Source: Armatimonadota bacterium (GTDB taxonomy: Bacteria; Armatimonadota; Hebobacteria; CAIYQO01). Taken from it: DNA of 22,615 nucleotides. Location: positions 1 to 22,615 of the forward strand of contig JBBRXO010000043.1 in NCBI GenBank assembly GCA_038248345.1, written 5' to 3'. Numbering within the stretch: the first letter of the stretch is position 1; each line of letters opens with the position of its first letter. This document shows positions 9,201 through 17,110 of the stretch, piece by piece. Below the pieces are notes generated by a model that saw nothing but the letters and a program-made list of their open reading frames with translations, made no database searches and was not told the origin of the DNA. The translations under genes were made by a program, and so were the position numbers.

Positions 9201-9764
9201 TTCATCAAGTAATATAAGCGGGCCAGTATATCCGTTGGCAGCACATAACTCCTGTAGCGACATCCAGGCATCCACGCGCGCCTCCAGCAGCCAATCCTCC
9301 GGCACCATCAACTCGGCCTCGCCTAATGTGCGTTCCACTTCGGCACGTACCGCTTCCTCCAGTGGGCAGGCAGGAGGGTATTCATCCAACGAAAAATGTA
9401 CTACCATCCAGTGATGCTTGCCGAAGGGTTCAGCAAAACGGCTAAATGATCGATGCGCTTCCAGATACGGGCCCCAGGCAGACGGTAACGCCGCCAGCAG
9501 GTGCAACAGTAGGAGCAGATGCGATTTACCGGTACCATATTGCCCGTTGATCAGGTAGGCCGCTCCCTGTTTTTCATAGGCCAGATCAGCAATGATCTTC
9601 TCCAGCAGGAAGCGATGCTCGGGCATCGTAATCGCATAGCCGCCCGTCCACCCCGCGATAGCCTCCGCATCGCCCCCCGACAGCAACTCCCGCGCATGAC
9701 GCGGATGCACCACCGCCGGGAATGTGCGGATCTTCACCATCTCATTCAATAGGCGAGTAAACAT
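6204..9764 (-). CDS. Large P-loop ATPase, DUF6079/BREX BrxC(PglY)-like
   Basis: Walker A GQYGTGKSHLL, Walker B ILLDELSLFL, FLQFL, EDRF and WPFHP segments typical of the BrxC/DUF6079 clade; long helical C-terminus with a C..CSRC cluster; 1186 aa. Confidence 0.75.
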   Translation of the reverse strand: MFTRLLNEMVKIRTFPAVVHPRHARELLSGGDAEAIAGWTGGYAITMPEHRFLLEKIIADLAYEKQGAAYLINGQYGTGKSHLLLLLHLLAALPSAWGPYLEAHRSFSRFAEPFGKHHWMVVHFSLDEYPPACPLEEAVRAEVERTLGEAELMVPEDWLLEARVDAWMSLQELCAANGYTGPLILLDELSLFLAGKSPTAREADAAFLQFLAGWCTRSPCRLIGAAQRHLGDTGALPTHSWRQVEDRFRRFTLSPQQLVDVAHNKLIEQTDAAGTRAIVVESLLPTARALGLNMAVEEVMRHWPFHPAALSLLVKVVNAHLSPHRGVIEGLQRLPETALLERPVTRFITALDLHQLIDDDLRTFHGEYRLWPALTHLLGCATDAPDPTLARELLSLLTIMQLADSSVTVTELRALLFNGEAAPDIADISANLHYLRRHAPYLAVTRDAELANERFSIAADDDIGAQARAHMEERRQTFTPDDPRPLETAIAACTDPAWPFATLAENRLTVLWNGVPRTVNIELSPTLTAANSARAIEGLLAGNSDAQLFMGWPGATEADICTKNCPPNYAGVLCWWIPRPPHRAERELWSEYTAWRLTADDPLPAAATRERRIRARAQEAAGELQAAVTASIRAIYLEGQWQTACGVVTALRPAEKLQELLAQLLAPGFDTLFCDYPGSAVTPPPRTVLAPMIAQFLTPGAVELPPQSLLGDYLERYAAPLGIVSFTGNRAQLTPPADNIQLMLNVAVLHAPQRLEDAARALGRPPLGLSSEQGRLAVLAAIRCGTLRGLDALMQLAPMEARLEDIIYCTQAEEIDPRFTPVLARLAGQWNTPDGTPSITVENAIREWVKSVNERLPAFRQQQNYWSAMLSVMPWGWTNTERKLTTFTELRQSTTFTAQLEILRDDPTLIAKLDAALHAGDWWGTHSAQLRVLLALPASLACAADLIELRTTLATGEACFGNIEKIDAHSAKLWAHYADAYHCWHEATFGVPVVNELRAVFQSAGFQAVKRLAVLPWATNACAPSAVLDTARAGYCPGVFTDFATTGVCSRCRLPINSPTPMPVAAQVSAEVATALQHCAAQLSASEWVDEVKSRIPHIPQYIAPQVNALLAWRLEDGAAQLLATLDDATIHWLRQPTRPTSSRPLPELETRLRGRQLTLGEAKTTLLTWLDPTGEMKDDEVILFE

Positions 9765-9765
9765 A

Positions 9766-9779
9766 GGTACATATGTTCT
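9766..9779. promoter_or_regulatory. Putative LexA (SOS) box
   Basis: GGTACATATGTTCT fits the cyanobacterial consensus RGTAC-N3-DGTWCB exactly; on the - strand GAAC-ATAT-GTAC is one mismatch from GAAC-N4-GTTC. One nt separates it from the ATPase start codon. Confidence 0.6.
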
Positions 9780-9841
9780 ACACCATTTCGCGTATTCCTT
9801 TTTTTGATGATAGTTCCAAGGTTAAATATTGGAAATAGTCA

Positions 9842-10294
9842 TCATTTCTTTTTTCGGGGGCGGGGTTTTCGGGTGCTGCGTTGACCATCCAGGTAGCGTT
9901 CGGCCAGGATTACGGCTACGTAGTCGTCGTAGGGTTGATCGGGAGAGCGTAGCCCGATGGGGAGGAACTGTTGCCAGCCTTTTCCGGGGTGATCAAGTAG
10001 GTAGCGTCGACGGCCCAGCTCTGAGGAGCGGTCTTCATCGACGTAGGTGATCTCCAGTCGGAAGCCGGCACGACGTAGGGTCTCGCGGGTCTCCTGCGCG
10101 GTGGTGCGGTCGCCCAGCACGATGAGGTCAATGCCGAAGCGTCCGACGAAGTGGGCGACGCGCAGGTGTAATTTTGGGGTCTCGACGATCTCGCGGTGGT
10201 AGATCGTGTGATCATAGCCCACAACCGCCAGCCCGCATTTCTCGCGTCCTGGATCAATAGCCAGCAGCGGAGCTTTGTCGGCGTTAGCTGGCAT
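9842..10294 (-). CDS. YqgF/RuvX-like RNase H-fold nuclease (cyanobacterial-type)
   Basis: LAIDPGREKCGLAV, VDEDRSS and DDYVAVILAERYL motifs; start overlaps the DUF3084 stop. Confidence 0.85.
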   Translation of the reverse strand: MPANADKAPLLAIDPGREKCGLAVVGYDHTIYHREIVETPKLHLRVAHFVGRFGIDLIVLGDRTTAQETRETLRRAGFRLEITYVDEDRSSELGRRRYLLDHPGKGWQQFLPIGLRSPDQPYDDYVAVILAERYLDGQRSTRKPRPRKKK

Positions 10295-11754
10295 CAGGGT
10301 GCCTGGGGCGATCTGACGTCCAGCGCCAGATCGAGGGGATCGAAAGCATTAATGAGTTGGCGGGTTATCGCCACCACGCGTACCGGGCCGCTGGTCTCCG
10401 TCACCTGGTGAGCGGTGGCCAGTATTTCCGACCAGGGGACGACCGGGTAGGTAGCTTCGGGGAAGACGTCTGGATGATTCGGATCAAAGCGTCGGTTGAT
10501 GGAGGTCAATTTCTTCTCACGCACCGCCATCGGTACTTGCTGGCGCAGCAGCTTATCGACCAGCAGTTCCAGTACTTTCCCCTCATCATGTTGAAATAGT
10601 AAGGGGATATCCACGCTGGCTACTTCGTTGCCGGTGGAGTAGAAAGCGAAATTTGGATAGAGATCCACTCCTTCTACGACAATCAGCACTTGCCCGCTGG
10701 TAGGCACGTTATTCGCGGTGGTGAGATGAATTACTACATCGGTATATTCGCTGGTAGCAGTAATGCGTTTGGATAATGCTTTTACCGCTTCATCACGTGT
10801 CAACTTCAGCAATCTGCCATCGGCGTCGCGGTGCAAATAGAGTATCGGGGCGGCGTCAGCAGGTAAATCGAGGCATTGTTTGCGTACCACTGATTCAGCG
10901 GAATCGAGGAATTCATTCAGGAATTTGCTCCGTTCGGAGTCTGGCTGTTTCACTATAGCCAGACCAGCGAGGATCTCCTGGCCAGAGTTATAGGCTAATT
11001 CGGAAAAGCTGACCCGCGCAAAGGCGTTGAGTATTTGCGTCAACTCTTCCAGTTGTTTGTTTAACTCCTGGATACGTGCCAGCATATCGTCCCGTTGTGC
11101 TTCCAGCCGCGCTTGTTCAGCTTGCAGGTCACTGAGTTGTCCCTCCAGCGCTTTCAGGCGCGTATTCAGTGCGCCCAGGTTGCGGGTACCTTCTACCAGA
11201 CGATTATTGGAGACTGCGAGGTCTTCCTGCACCTGTCGATATTCCGCTGCCGCCCCCTGTAATTTCTTATTGACGTCATTCAACTGACCTTCTACATTGG
11301 CAAGTGTTTCTTTGGCCTGGACTAGTTGTCCTTTAATCTCCTGCTGTTGGATCGATGAATCGTGTAACCGGGCATTGGTCACTTCCAGTTCGTAATTTTT
11401 GTCATTTAATTGGCGCAACGCATCCGCCGTTTTTGTCCGCGTTTGATCCAGCTCGCCTTCCAGCCGGGTTTTCTCTTTTTCCCCCGTTGATAGCTGTGTT
11501 TTCAACATATCCAGTGGGGTGAGGAATGCATCACGAACGGGCTTGCTGATAAGGAAAGTTAGCAGAATGGTGAGTGACGCGATAAGCATCCCCGCGCCTA
11601 CGGAGATGAAGATTGCTGTGTAGCGGGGCCGCAATCCAAAGAGGGTGAGCCGCTTCCTTCCCATCTTGCGTCCGACCCAGTCGCCGATGTAGGCGATCAG
11701 GCCGCTGATGGTGATGAGTAAAAAAGCTAGAGCTGACAGCAATAATGGATGCAT
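10294..11754 (-). CDS. DUF3084 domain membrane-anchored coiled-coil protein
   Basis: Signature IAYIGDWVGRKMGRKRLTLFGLRPRYTA between two TM helices, then a long heptad coiled coil. Start placed at ATG 11754 because a promoter overlaps the 11793 start. Confidence 0.85.
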   Translation of the reverse strand: MHPLLLSALAFLLITISGLIAYIGDWVGRKMGRKRLTLFGLRPRYTAIFISVGAGMLIASLTILLTFLISKPVRDAFLTPLDMLKTQLSTGEKEKTRLEGELDQTRTKTADALRQLNDKNYELEVTNARLHDSSIQQQEIKGQLVQAKETLANVEGQLNDVNKKLQGAAAEYRQVQEDLAVSNNRLVEGTRNLGALNTRLKALEGQLSDLQAEQARLEAQRDDMLARIQELNKQLEELTQILNAFARVSFSELAYNSGQEILAGLAIVKQPDSERSKFLNEFLDSAESVVRKQCLDLPADAAPILYLHRDADGRLLKLTRDEAVKALSKRITATSEYTDVVIHLTTANNVPTSGQVLIVVEGVDLYPNFAFYSTGNEVASVDIPLLFQHDEGKVLELLVDKLLRQQVPMAVREKKLTSINRRFDPNHPDVFPEATYPVVPWSEILATAHQVTETSGPVRVVAITRQLINAFDPLDLALDVRSPQAP

Positions 11755-11779
11755 TAGAACCCGCCTCACGGGATATGCG

Positions 11780-11809
11780 ATTATAGGGTTCATGGCTTGA
11801 GCGCGTCAA
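11780..11809 (-). promoter_or_regulatory. Putative sigma70 promoter for DUF3084-yqgF
   Basis: TTGACG-N18-TATAAT on the - strand. Confidence 0.6.
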
Positions 11810-11837
11810 GTACGCAGGGAAGCCAGAGAGTATGGAT

Positions 11838-12551
11838 TTAGCTGAGACCTAACAACCGGGCGATATTACCGCCTAGTATGGACGCCCGATCTGTATCGCT
11901 GATCGCCGCAAATTTAGCGGTGAGGAAAGCGGCGGAGAAACAACTTATCGGAAAGCGAGAAGTGAAGATAAGTTTTCCCGCTCCCAATTTATCAACCAGC
12001 AATTCAATAGTGTCCCCACCACAGAGCAGGCGCGTAGATAGATATGTATTTGGGCGTGTCTCCAGTAGCGTGATAGTCTCGGAAAGTGTGTTCGGGTTGA
12101 CATCCAGTAGGATCAACGGTATCTCCAAGTCACCTATCGTCCGGGCAATTTTGGAGGCATCACCATCGTTGTATGCTTCCACCATTACCGGCAGTTTGGC
12201 GGCGGCGATAGCAGTCACCAGTTGCGCGGTGCAGATACTATTCAATGACCAATGCTGGGCTTCCGGGAACATCGCCAGCATACTAAAACCGTGCTGTTGG
12301 CAATACTCCACCTGTTCGGTTCCGTTCAGACGCGGGTCGACTACCCCAATGGGAATCAAGCGCGCATCTGCCTGGCAAGCAGCGTAGGTAGTGGCATTCC
12401 CCACAGCGGCGTCAAAGAATACCCCCTGTGAGGATAACGTGCAGGCGCGGTCTATCTTATGTTGTTTCATACCGGCGAGCAGATGCTCAACCGGATGATC
12501 ATAAGGTAACCCGGGCCAACTCCCAAATAGTGTAAAAGCATCAATTAGCAT
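11838..12551 (-). CDS. Amidohydrolase_2-fold protein lacking canonical metal ligands
   Basis: Family layout (MLID..FG.WP, GN, IPIGVVDP, LPVMV, PNTYL, LGAGKLIF...P, ILGGNIARLL), but HxH is replaced by FTL and FGSD by FTSR. Confidence 0.75.
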   Translation of the reverse strand: MLIDAFTLFGSWPGLPYDHPVEHLLAGMKQHKIDRACTLSSQGVFFDAAVGNATTYAACQADARLIPIGVVDPRLNGTEQVEYCQQHGFSMLAMFPEAQHWSLNSICTAQLVTAIAAAKLPVMVEAYNDGDASKIARTIGDLEIPLILLDVNPNTLSETITLLETRPNTYLSTRLLCGGDTIELLVDKLGAGKLIFTSRFPISCFSAAFLTAKFAAISDTDRASILGGNIARLLGLS

Positions 12552-12575
12552 TATAGACGTCTCCTACGTCAGACG

Positions 12576-13922
12576 TTATTCTTTCACCGCCAGGGCGATC
12601 GTCTCCACGTGCCAGGTTTGTGGGAACATGTCCACCGGTTGTACAGATTGTAGCGAATAGCCAAGTTTTACCAGATCTCCGGCATCTCGTCCTAGGGTCG
12701 CGGGGTCGCAGGAGATGAGAATGACGCGTTTGGCCTTCAAGGCGGCTACGCTCTCCAGTACCTGCGGGCCAGCGCCTTTGCGGGGCGGATCCAGTAATAT
12801 TACATCAGCTTTGCGCCCTTTCCGTACCATGCGTGGGAAGATGGCTTCCACACGATTCTCGGAGAGATGAACTTCACGCATAGTGTAGCGGGCCAGGTTC
12901 TCTACCGCATCACGGATGGAAGAGTCACTATCCTCTATGCCCATGGCATGAGCGGCTAATTTGCCCAACGGTAGCAGGAAAGTCCCCACTCCGCAATAAC
13001 CATCGATAAAGTTAGCGTTGCGCAGATCACCGCTCGCATCTACTGCCAGCCGTTGCAGCAGTTCGGCCTGGGTGTTATTCACCTGGAAGAAGGATTCTGC
13101 TGACACAGTATATTCCCACTCGCCCAGATATTGCTTTAGCTGGTGGAGCCCGGAGATAATGCGTGCCTGTGTGCGGCGTACCACCGAGTTGCCGCGTACC
13201 AACGAGAAGAGTACACCGCTCAATTCCGGAACCATGCTACGCAAAGTAGCGGCAATGGTGGATATTTCCGTATGATCTTCCCGGCAGACTAGGATGATGA
13301 GTGCCGTGTTATCTTTCGGGTTGACCCGGGTGATTAGTTGCGCCAATGATAGTGACATCGTGTTGGCGACTTCCTCTACCGCGTGGAGTAGTTTTAGCGA
13401 CAGTGGATGTTGAATCGGACAAGCATCCAGCGGGAGGAAGCCATCTTCAGCGTCAATATGGTAACCGAGGCGAATCTTGCCGTCGACTTTGCCGGCAATG
13501 AATTCTGCTTTGTTGCGATATTGCCAGGGATTCTCCATACCCAGGGTGGGCTTTACTTCAATGCCACTTAGGCGGCCAATGCGGGCAAGCCCGTCGCTCA
13601 CAAACTCGCGTTTGGCATCCAGCTGCGCTGCATAATCCAGTTGTTGTAATTGGCACCCGTCGCATCTGCCGGCCAGTGGGCAAGGCGGAGTAACTCGAGA
13701 AGTCCCCGGAGTAAGCAAGGAGGATATTTTTGCCCGGGCGAAATTCTTTGCCCGATGGGTTACCTCTACCTCGGCGTTATCACCCGGAGCAGCGTTGGTG
13801 ACGAAGACCGCCAGGCCGTCTACCCGGGCGACACCGTCGCCTCCCGCCGCCATTTTATCAATGGTCAAAGTTAGTTTGTCGCCAGCCATAATTTGGCTGG
13901 CATCTGTAGGGTCTGTATGCAT
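12576..13922 (-). CDS. rlmD: 23S rRNA m5U1939 methyltransferase RlmD (TrmA family)
   Basis: TRAM domain, Fe-S motif CPLAGRCDGC, YRNK, SFFQVN, YCGVGT, LDPPRKG, ISCDPATLGRD, DMFPQTWHVE. Confidence 0.93.
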   Translation of the reverse strand: MHTDPTDASQIMAGDKLTLTIDKMAAGGDGVARVDGLAVFVTNAAPGDNAEVEVTHRAKNFARAKISSLLTPGTSRVTPPCPLAGRCDGCQLQQLDYAAQLDAKREFVSDGLARIGRLSGIEVKPTLGMENPWQYRNKAEFIAGKVDGKIRLGYHIDAEDGFLPLDACPIQHPLSLKLLHAVEEVANTMSLSLAQLITRVNPKDNTALIILVCREDHTEISTIAATLRSMVPELSGVLFSLVRGNSVVRRTQARIISGLHQLKQYLGEWEYTVSAESFFQVNNTQAELLQRLAVDASGDLRNANFIDGYCGVGTFLLPLGKLAAHAMGIEDSDSSIRDAVENLARYTMREVHLSENRVEAIFPRMVRKGRKADVILLDPPRKGAGPQVLESVAALKAKRVILISCDPATLGRDAGDLVKLGYSLQSVQPVDMFPQTWHVETIALAVKE

Positions 13923-14024
13923 ATGCTATTATCTTCTGCACGGAGGAGGCTATCCCTTTTATTTGGCATCTGCTGCTGCATAAATTCTTTGTGGTAGCAA
14001 TTTTTAGCACTCAAATCCCCATGC

Positions 14025-14033
14025 TGGTATAAT
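14025..14033 (+). promoter_or_regulatory. Extended -10 promoter, probably leaderless
   Basis: TGGTATAAT (TGn-TATAAT) followed by 7 nt and then ATG 14041; no SD. Confidence 0.55.
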
Positions 14034-14040
14034 ACCCTAT

Positions 14041-15327
14041 ATGCCTATTCGACATTTTAAAAGATGGTGGTCGCAGAAAAAACGGGCCCCGATGGGGCCG
14101 TATACCCCCGCGCGGCTGGCACGGGTTATTCTGCCGCTGGCGACGGGAGACTCACTTCATAAAGCGTTACATCGTATGCGCGCCTACAATATCGCGCAGG
14201 TGCCGGTTGTAGAAAATGGCAAGCTCATCGGTATGTTGTCAGAGGCGGCGCTGGCGGGGCATCTGGGAGATGATCCGGCGGTGCTGGATGATATTCGGGT
14301 ACTGGACGCGATGCAGCCGTTAGAGGTCGCAATTCCCACACAGGCGACATTGGCACAAGCAGAAGAGGTGCTGCAGTCCACCGGTGGTTCGTGGCTCCCC
14401 GTCATTTCGCAAAACGGCTACTATTTGGGTTGCCTGTATCTGGTGGATCTGCTGGCGGCACGTTCTGGCCGTTTATATCCTCCTCGCATGGGAGGGATGG
14501 CTACCCCTTTGGGAGTTTATTTGACCACCGGCAAGGTGAGTGGTGGGGCAGATTGGCGTGGGCTAATGCTCACCGGAGTCTTAATGGCGTTGATGTTCAC
14601 CCTGGTGCAATTCGTGTTAGCTGTCGGGGTAGGAGCAGGTGCGCATTTTACCCACTCGTTATTTATCCGGAATCTGGCGCATATGCTCTGGTATGGCAGT
14701 GTTAATTTGCCGGAGAACTCGCCGCCGTTATTGACCCTGCTCATCATTGCACCAGTGTTGCAGATAGCCGTTTTTTTGCTGGCGCTTCGTTTCGGCCCTT
14801 GGCTGGCGGGATATCATGCAGCAGAGCACCAGACGGTCAATGCGGTGGAGGCGGGCGAGTCGCTGACGGTTGAAAATGTGCGGAACATGCCACGTGTACA
14901 CCCGCGGTGTGGTACCAATCTATGGGCGGTTATTATCATGGTCTCCTTCGGATATTCTGCGCTGGTATTGCTGTGGAATATCGGACAGGGGCAAATATAT
15001 CAGCTGGCGGTTTCCGTGTTGGGATTAACCTGGGCCGCTTTTACCTTCAATCGGTGGCAAAGCTTCGGCGGATGGCTGCAGCAGCATTTCACCACACGCC
15101 CGGCGACACAACGCCAGCTGGAGAGTGGTATCCTGGCCGCACGACAAGTAATTGAGCGACATCAGCAGTGTGATAGTCCGGTAGCCACGTTGCCGCAGCG
15201 CCTGTGGAATATGGGGCTAGCGCCCGTGGCAGCGGGGATGATTGGCGCTATCATGGCAATTCAATGGCTAAGTGATGCCTGGGTAGGCGTATCACTAGAC
15301 CGAATATGGCTTTCTTTGGTAAAGTAA
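14041..15327 (+). CDS. CBS-pair / DUF1385 fusion membrane protein
   Basis: N-terminal tandem CBS motifs (VPVVENGKLIGML, LPVISQNGYYLG), then TM helices with the DUF1385 signature YHAAEHQTVNAVE...HPRCGTN...LQQHFTTRP. Confidence 0.8.
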   Translation: MPIRHFKRWWSQKKRAPMGPYTPARLARVILPLATGDSLHKALHRMRAYNIAQVPVVENGKLIGMLSEAALAGHLGDDPAVLDDIRVLDAMQPLEVAIPTQATLAQAEEVLQSTGGSWLPVISQNGYYLGCLYLVDLLAARSGRLYPPRMGGMATPLGVYLTTGKVSGGADWRGLMLTGVLMALMFTLVQFVLAVGVGAGAHFTHSLFIRNLAHMLWYGSVNLPENSPPLLTLLIIAPVLQIAVFLLALRFGPWLAGYHAAEHQTVNAVEAGESLTVENVRNMPRVHPRCGTNLWAVIIMVSFGYSALVLLWNIGQGQIYQLAVSVLGLTWAAFTFNRWQSFGGWLQQHFTTRPATQRQLESGILAARQVIERHQQCDSPVATLPQRLWNMGLAPVAAGMIGAIMAIQWLSDAWVGVSLDRIWLSLVK

Positions 15328-15364
15328 TAACTTCGGGAAAAAGCAATCAGGAAAGAGTTTTGAT

Positions 15365-17083
15365 ATGATTAAAAAGCGTCTATTTGTGATATTTGAAGCA
15401 GCAGCCGCTCGGGCACTGGCCGCGGGCGCGTTGAGCTACGATAAATTGCCGGAGTTCACTATTGAACGTCCTACCCTGGCGAAATTCGGTGACTTCTCGG
15501 CAAACCTGGCAATGGTACTGGCGGCACAGGCGAAGATGAATCCGCGCAAAGCGGCGCAGATTATCATTGATCACCTGGAGCTGGCCGATTCGTTGATTGA
15601 GCGGGTGGAGATAGCCGGTCCGGGATTCATCAACCTGTATCTGAAGGATGATTGGTTACACCAGCTGGTGCGCGAGATCGCTCAGCAAGGTGCTGCCTGG
15701 GGAACCGGCGCTATCGGGCAGGGGAAGAAGATGCTGGCGGAGTATGTGAGCGCTAACCCTAACGGCCCACTCAGCATCCCCCACGGGCGCGGAGCCATCA
15801 TCGGCGATGTACTCTGCAATGTCCTCACCGCTGCCGGCTACTATGTGGAGCGCGAGTTCTATGTGAATGATGCCGCCACCAGTACGCAGATGGTGCGCTT
15901 CGGCGAGAGTCTGGTGATCCGCTACCTGCAGATTATGGGGCAGAAGCTGGAATTCCCGGAAGAAGGATATCACGGCGAATATGTGACGGATTTTGCCCGG
16001 CATATTGTCGAACGCGATGGCGACAAATACGTCAGTATGGAAGCGGTAGCACGGCTGGAGCTTTTCACGCAGATGGGCAAGGAGGAGATGCTTACCTGGC
16101 AGCGCGAAGTCCTCGCCTCCTTTGGCGTGGAGTTCACCACCTGGTTCCGCGAGAGCTCGCTGATTGATTCCGGCGCAGTTGAGCGCGCGCTGGCGGAGCT
16201 GACGAAACGCGGCGGCACGCACGTGGAAGACGGCGCAGTATGGCTGAATTCTACCGAGTACGGCGATGATAAAGACCGCCCGCTGGTGCGCACCAATGGC
16301 AAACCGACCTACCTGGCCTCAGATGTCGCCTACCATCAGAACAAATTTGAGCGCGGTTTTGATATTCTCATTGATATCTGGGGCCCTGATCATCACGGCT
16401 ATATCGCCCGCACCAAAGCCTCTATGCAGGCGATGGGCCATAATCCAGAATCCGTACACGTACTGATATATCAGGTGGTACGGTTGCTGCGTAATGGCGA
16501 GTTCGTCATGGGGGGTAAGCGCAAAGGTGATATTATCCTGCTTTCGGAGCTGATAGAGCAGGTAGGCCGTGATGCGGCACGCTTCTTCTTCCTGCTGCGC
16601 AGCGCTGATAGCGATCTGAACTTCGACCTCGATTTGGCGGTGAAACAGACGGCAGATAACCCGGTCTATTATGTCCAGTATGCCCATGCCCGTATCGCCA
16701 GCATCTTGCGCTCGGCGGTGGAAAAGGGCTTGCCGGTGGTTGATGCCGCTACGGTTGATCTCACTCCCATTGGTGAGGATGAAGCCGAAGTGTTGCTCAT
16801 CCGTCGGTTGGCAGAATTCCCCGAGGAGATCGAAGTCGCCGCGCGCCTTTATGAGCCGCACCGCCTGACACGGTATGCGCAGGACCTGGCACGCGATTTT
16901 CATATCTTCTATGACCGCTGTCCGGTGCTTAAAGACGCCACCCTCCCAGCGGTGCGTGACGCTCGTCTGGCGCTGGTGAGTGTGACTAAAACAACGCTGC
17001 ACAATGTACTGACCCTCCTCGGCATCAGCGCACCTGAGCGGATGGAGCGCAGGGAGGAAGAAACGGAAAGCACAGAAGTTTGA
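15365..17083 (+). CDS. argS: Arginine--tRNA ligase
   Basis: FGDFSAN, IAGPGFIN, EYVSANPNGPL, REFYVND, DDKDRPL, TYLASD, WGPDHHGY, NPVYYVQYAHAR, LLGISAPERM. Confidence 0.97.
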   Translation: MIKKRLFVIFEAAAARALAAGALSYDKLPEFTIERPTLAKFGDFSANLAMVLAAQAKMNPRKAAQIIIDHLELADSLIERVEIAGPGFINLYLKDDWLHQLVREIAQQGAAWGTGAIGQGKKMLAEYVSANPNGPLSIPHGRGAIIGDVLCNVLTAAGYYVEREFYVNDAATSTQMVRFGESLVIRYLQIMGQKLEFPEEGYHGEYVTDFARHIVERDGDKYVSMEAVARLELFTQMGKEEMLTWQREVLASFGVEFTTWFRESSLIDSGAVERALAELTKRGGTHVEDGAVWLNSTEYGDDKDRPLVRTNGKPTYLASDVAYHQNKFERGFDILIDIWGPDHHGYIARTKASMQAMGHNPESVHVLIYQVVRLLRNGEFVMGGKRKGDIILLSELIEQVGRDAARFFFLLRSADSDLNFDLDLAVKQTADNPVYYVQYAHARIASILRSAVEKGLPVVDAATVDLTPIGEDEAEVLLIRRLAEFPEEIEVAARLYEPHRLTRYAQDLARDFHIFYDRCPVLKDATLPAVRDARLALVSVTKTTLHNVLTLLGISAPERMERREEETESTEV

Positions 17084-17110
17084 GAGAATGATGATGTTAT
17101 TGGGTATCAA

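Noticed and set aside
6204..9764. A complete BREX/Pgl defence system
   Set aside because: No pglZ, pglX, brxA, brxB, brxL or helicase gene in the window; only the ATPase is supported.
15328..15364. T-box leader for argS
   Set aside because: The gap is only 37 nt and has no T-box consensus.
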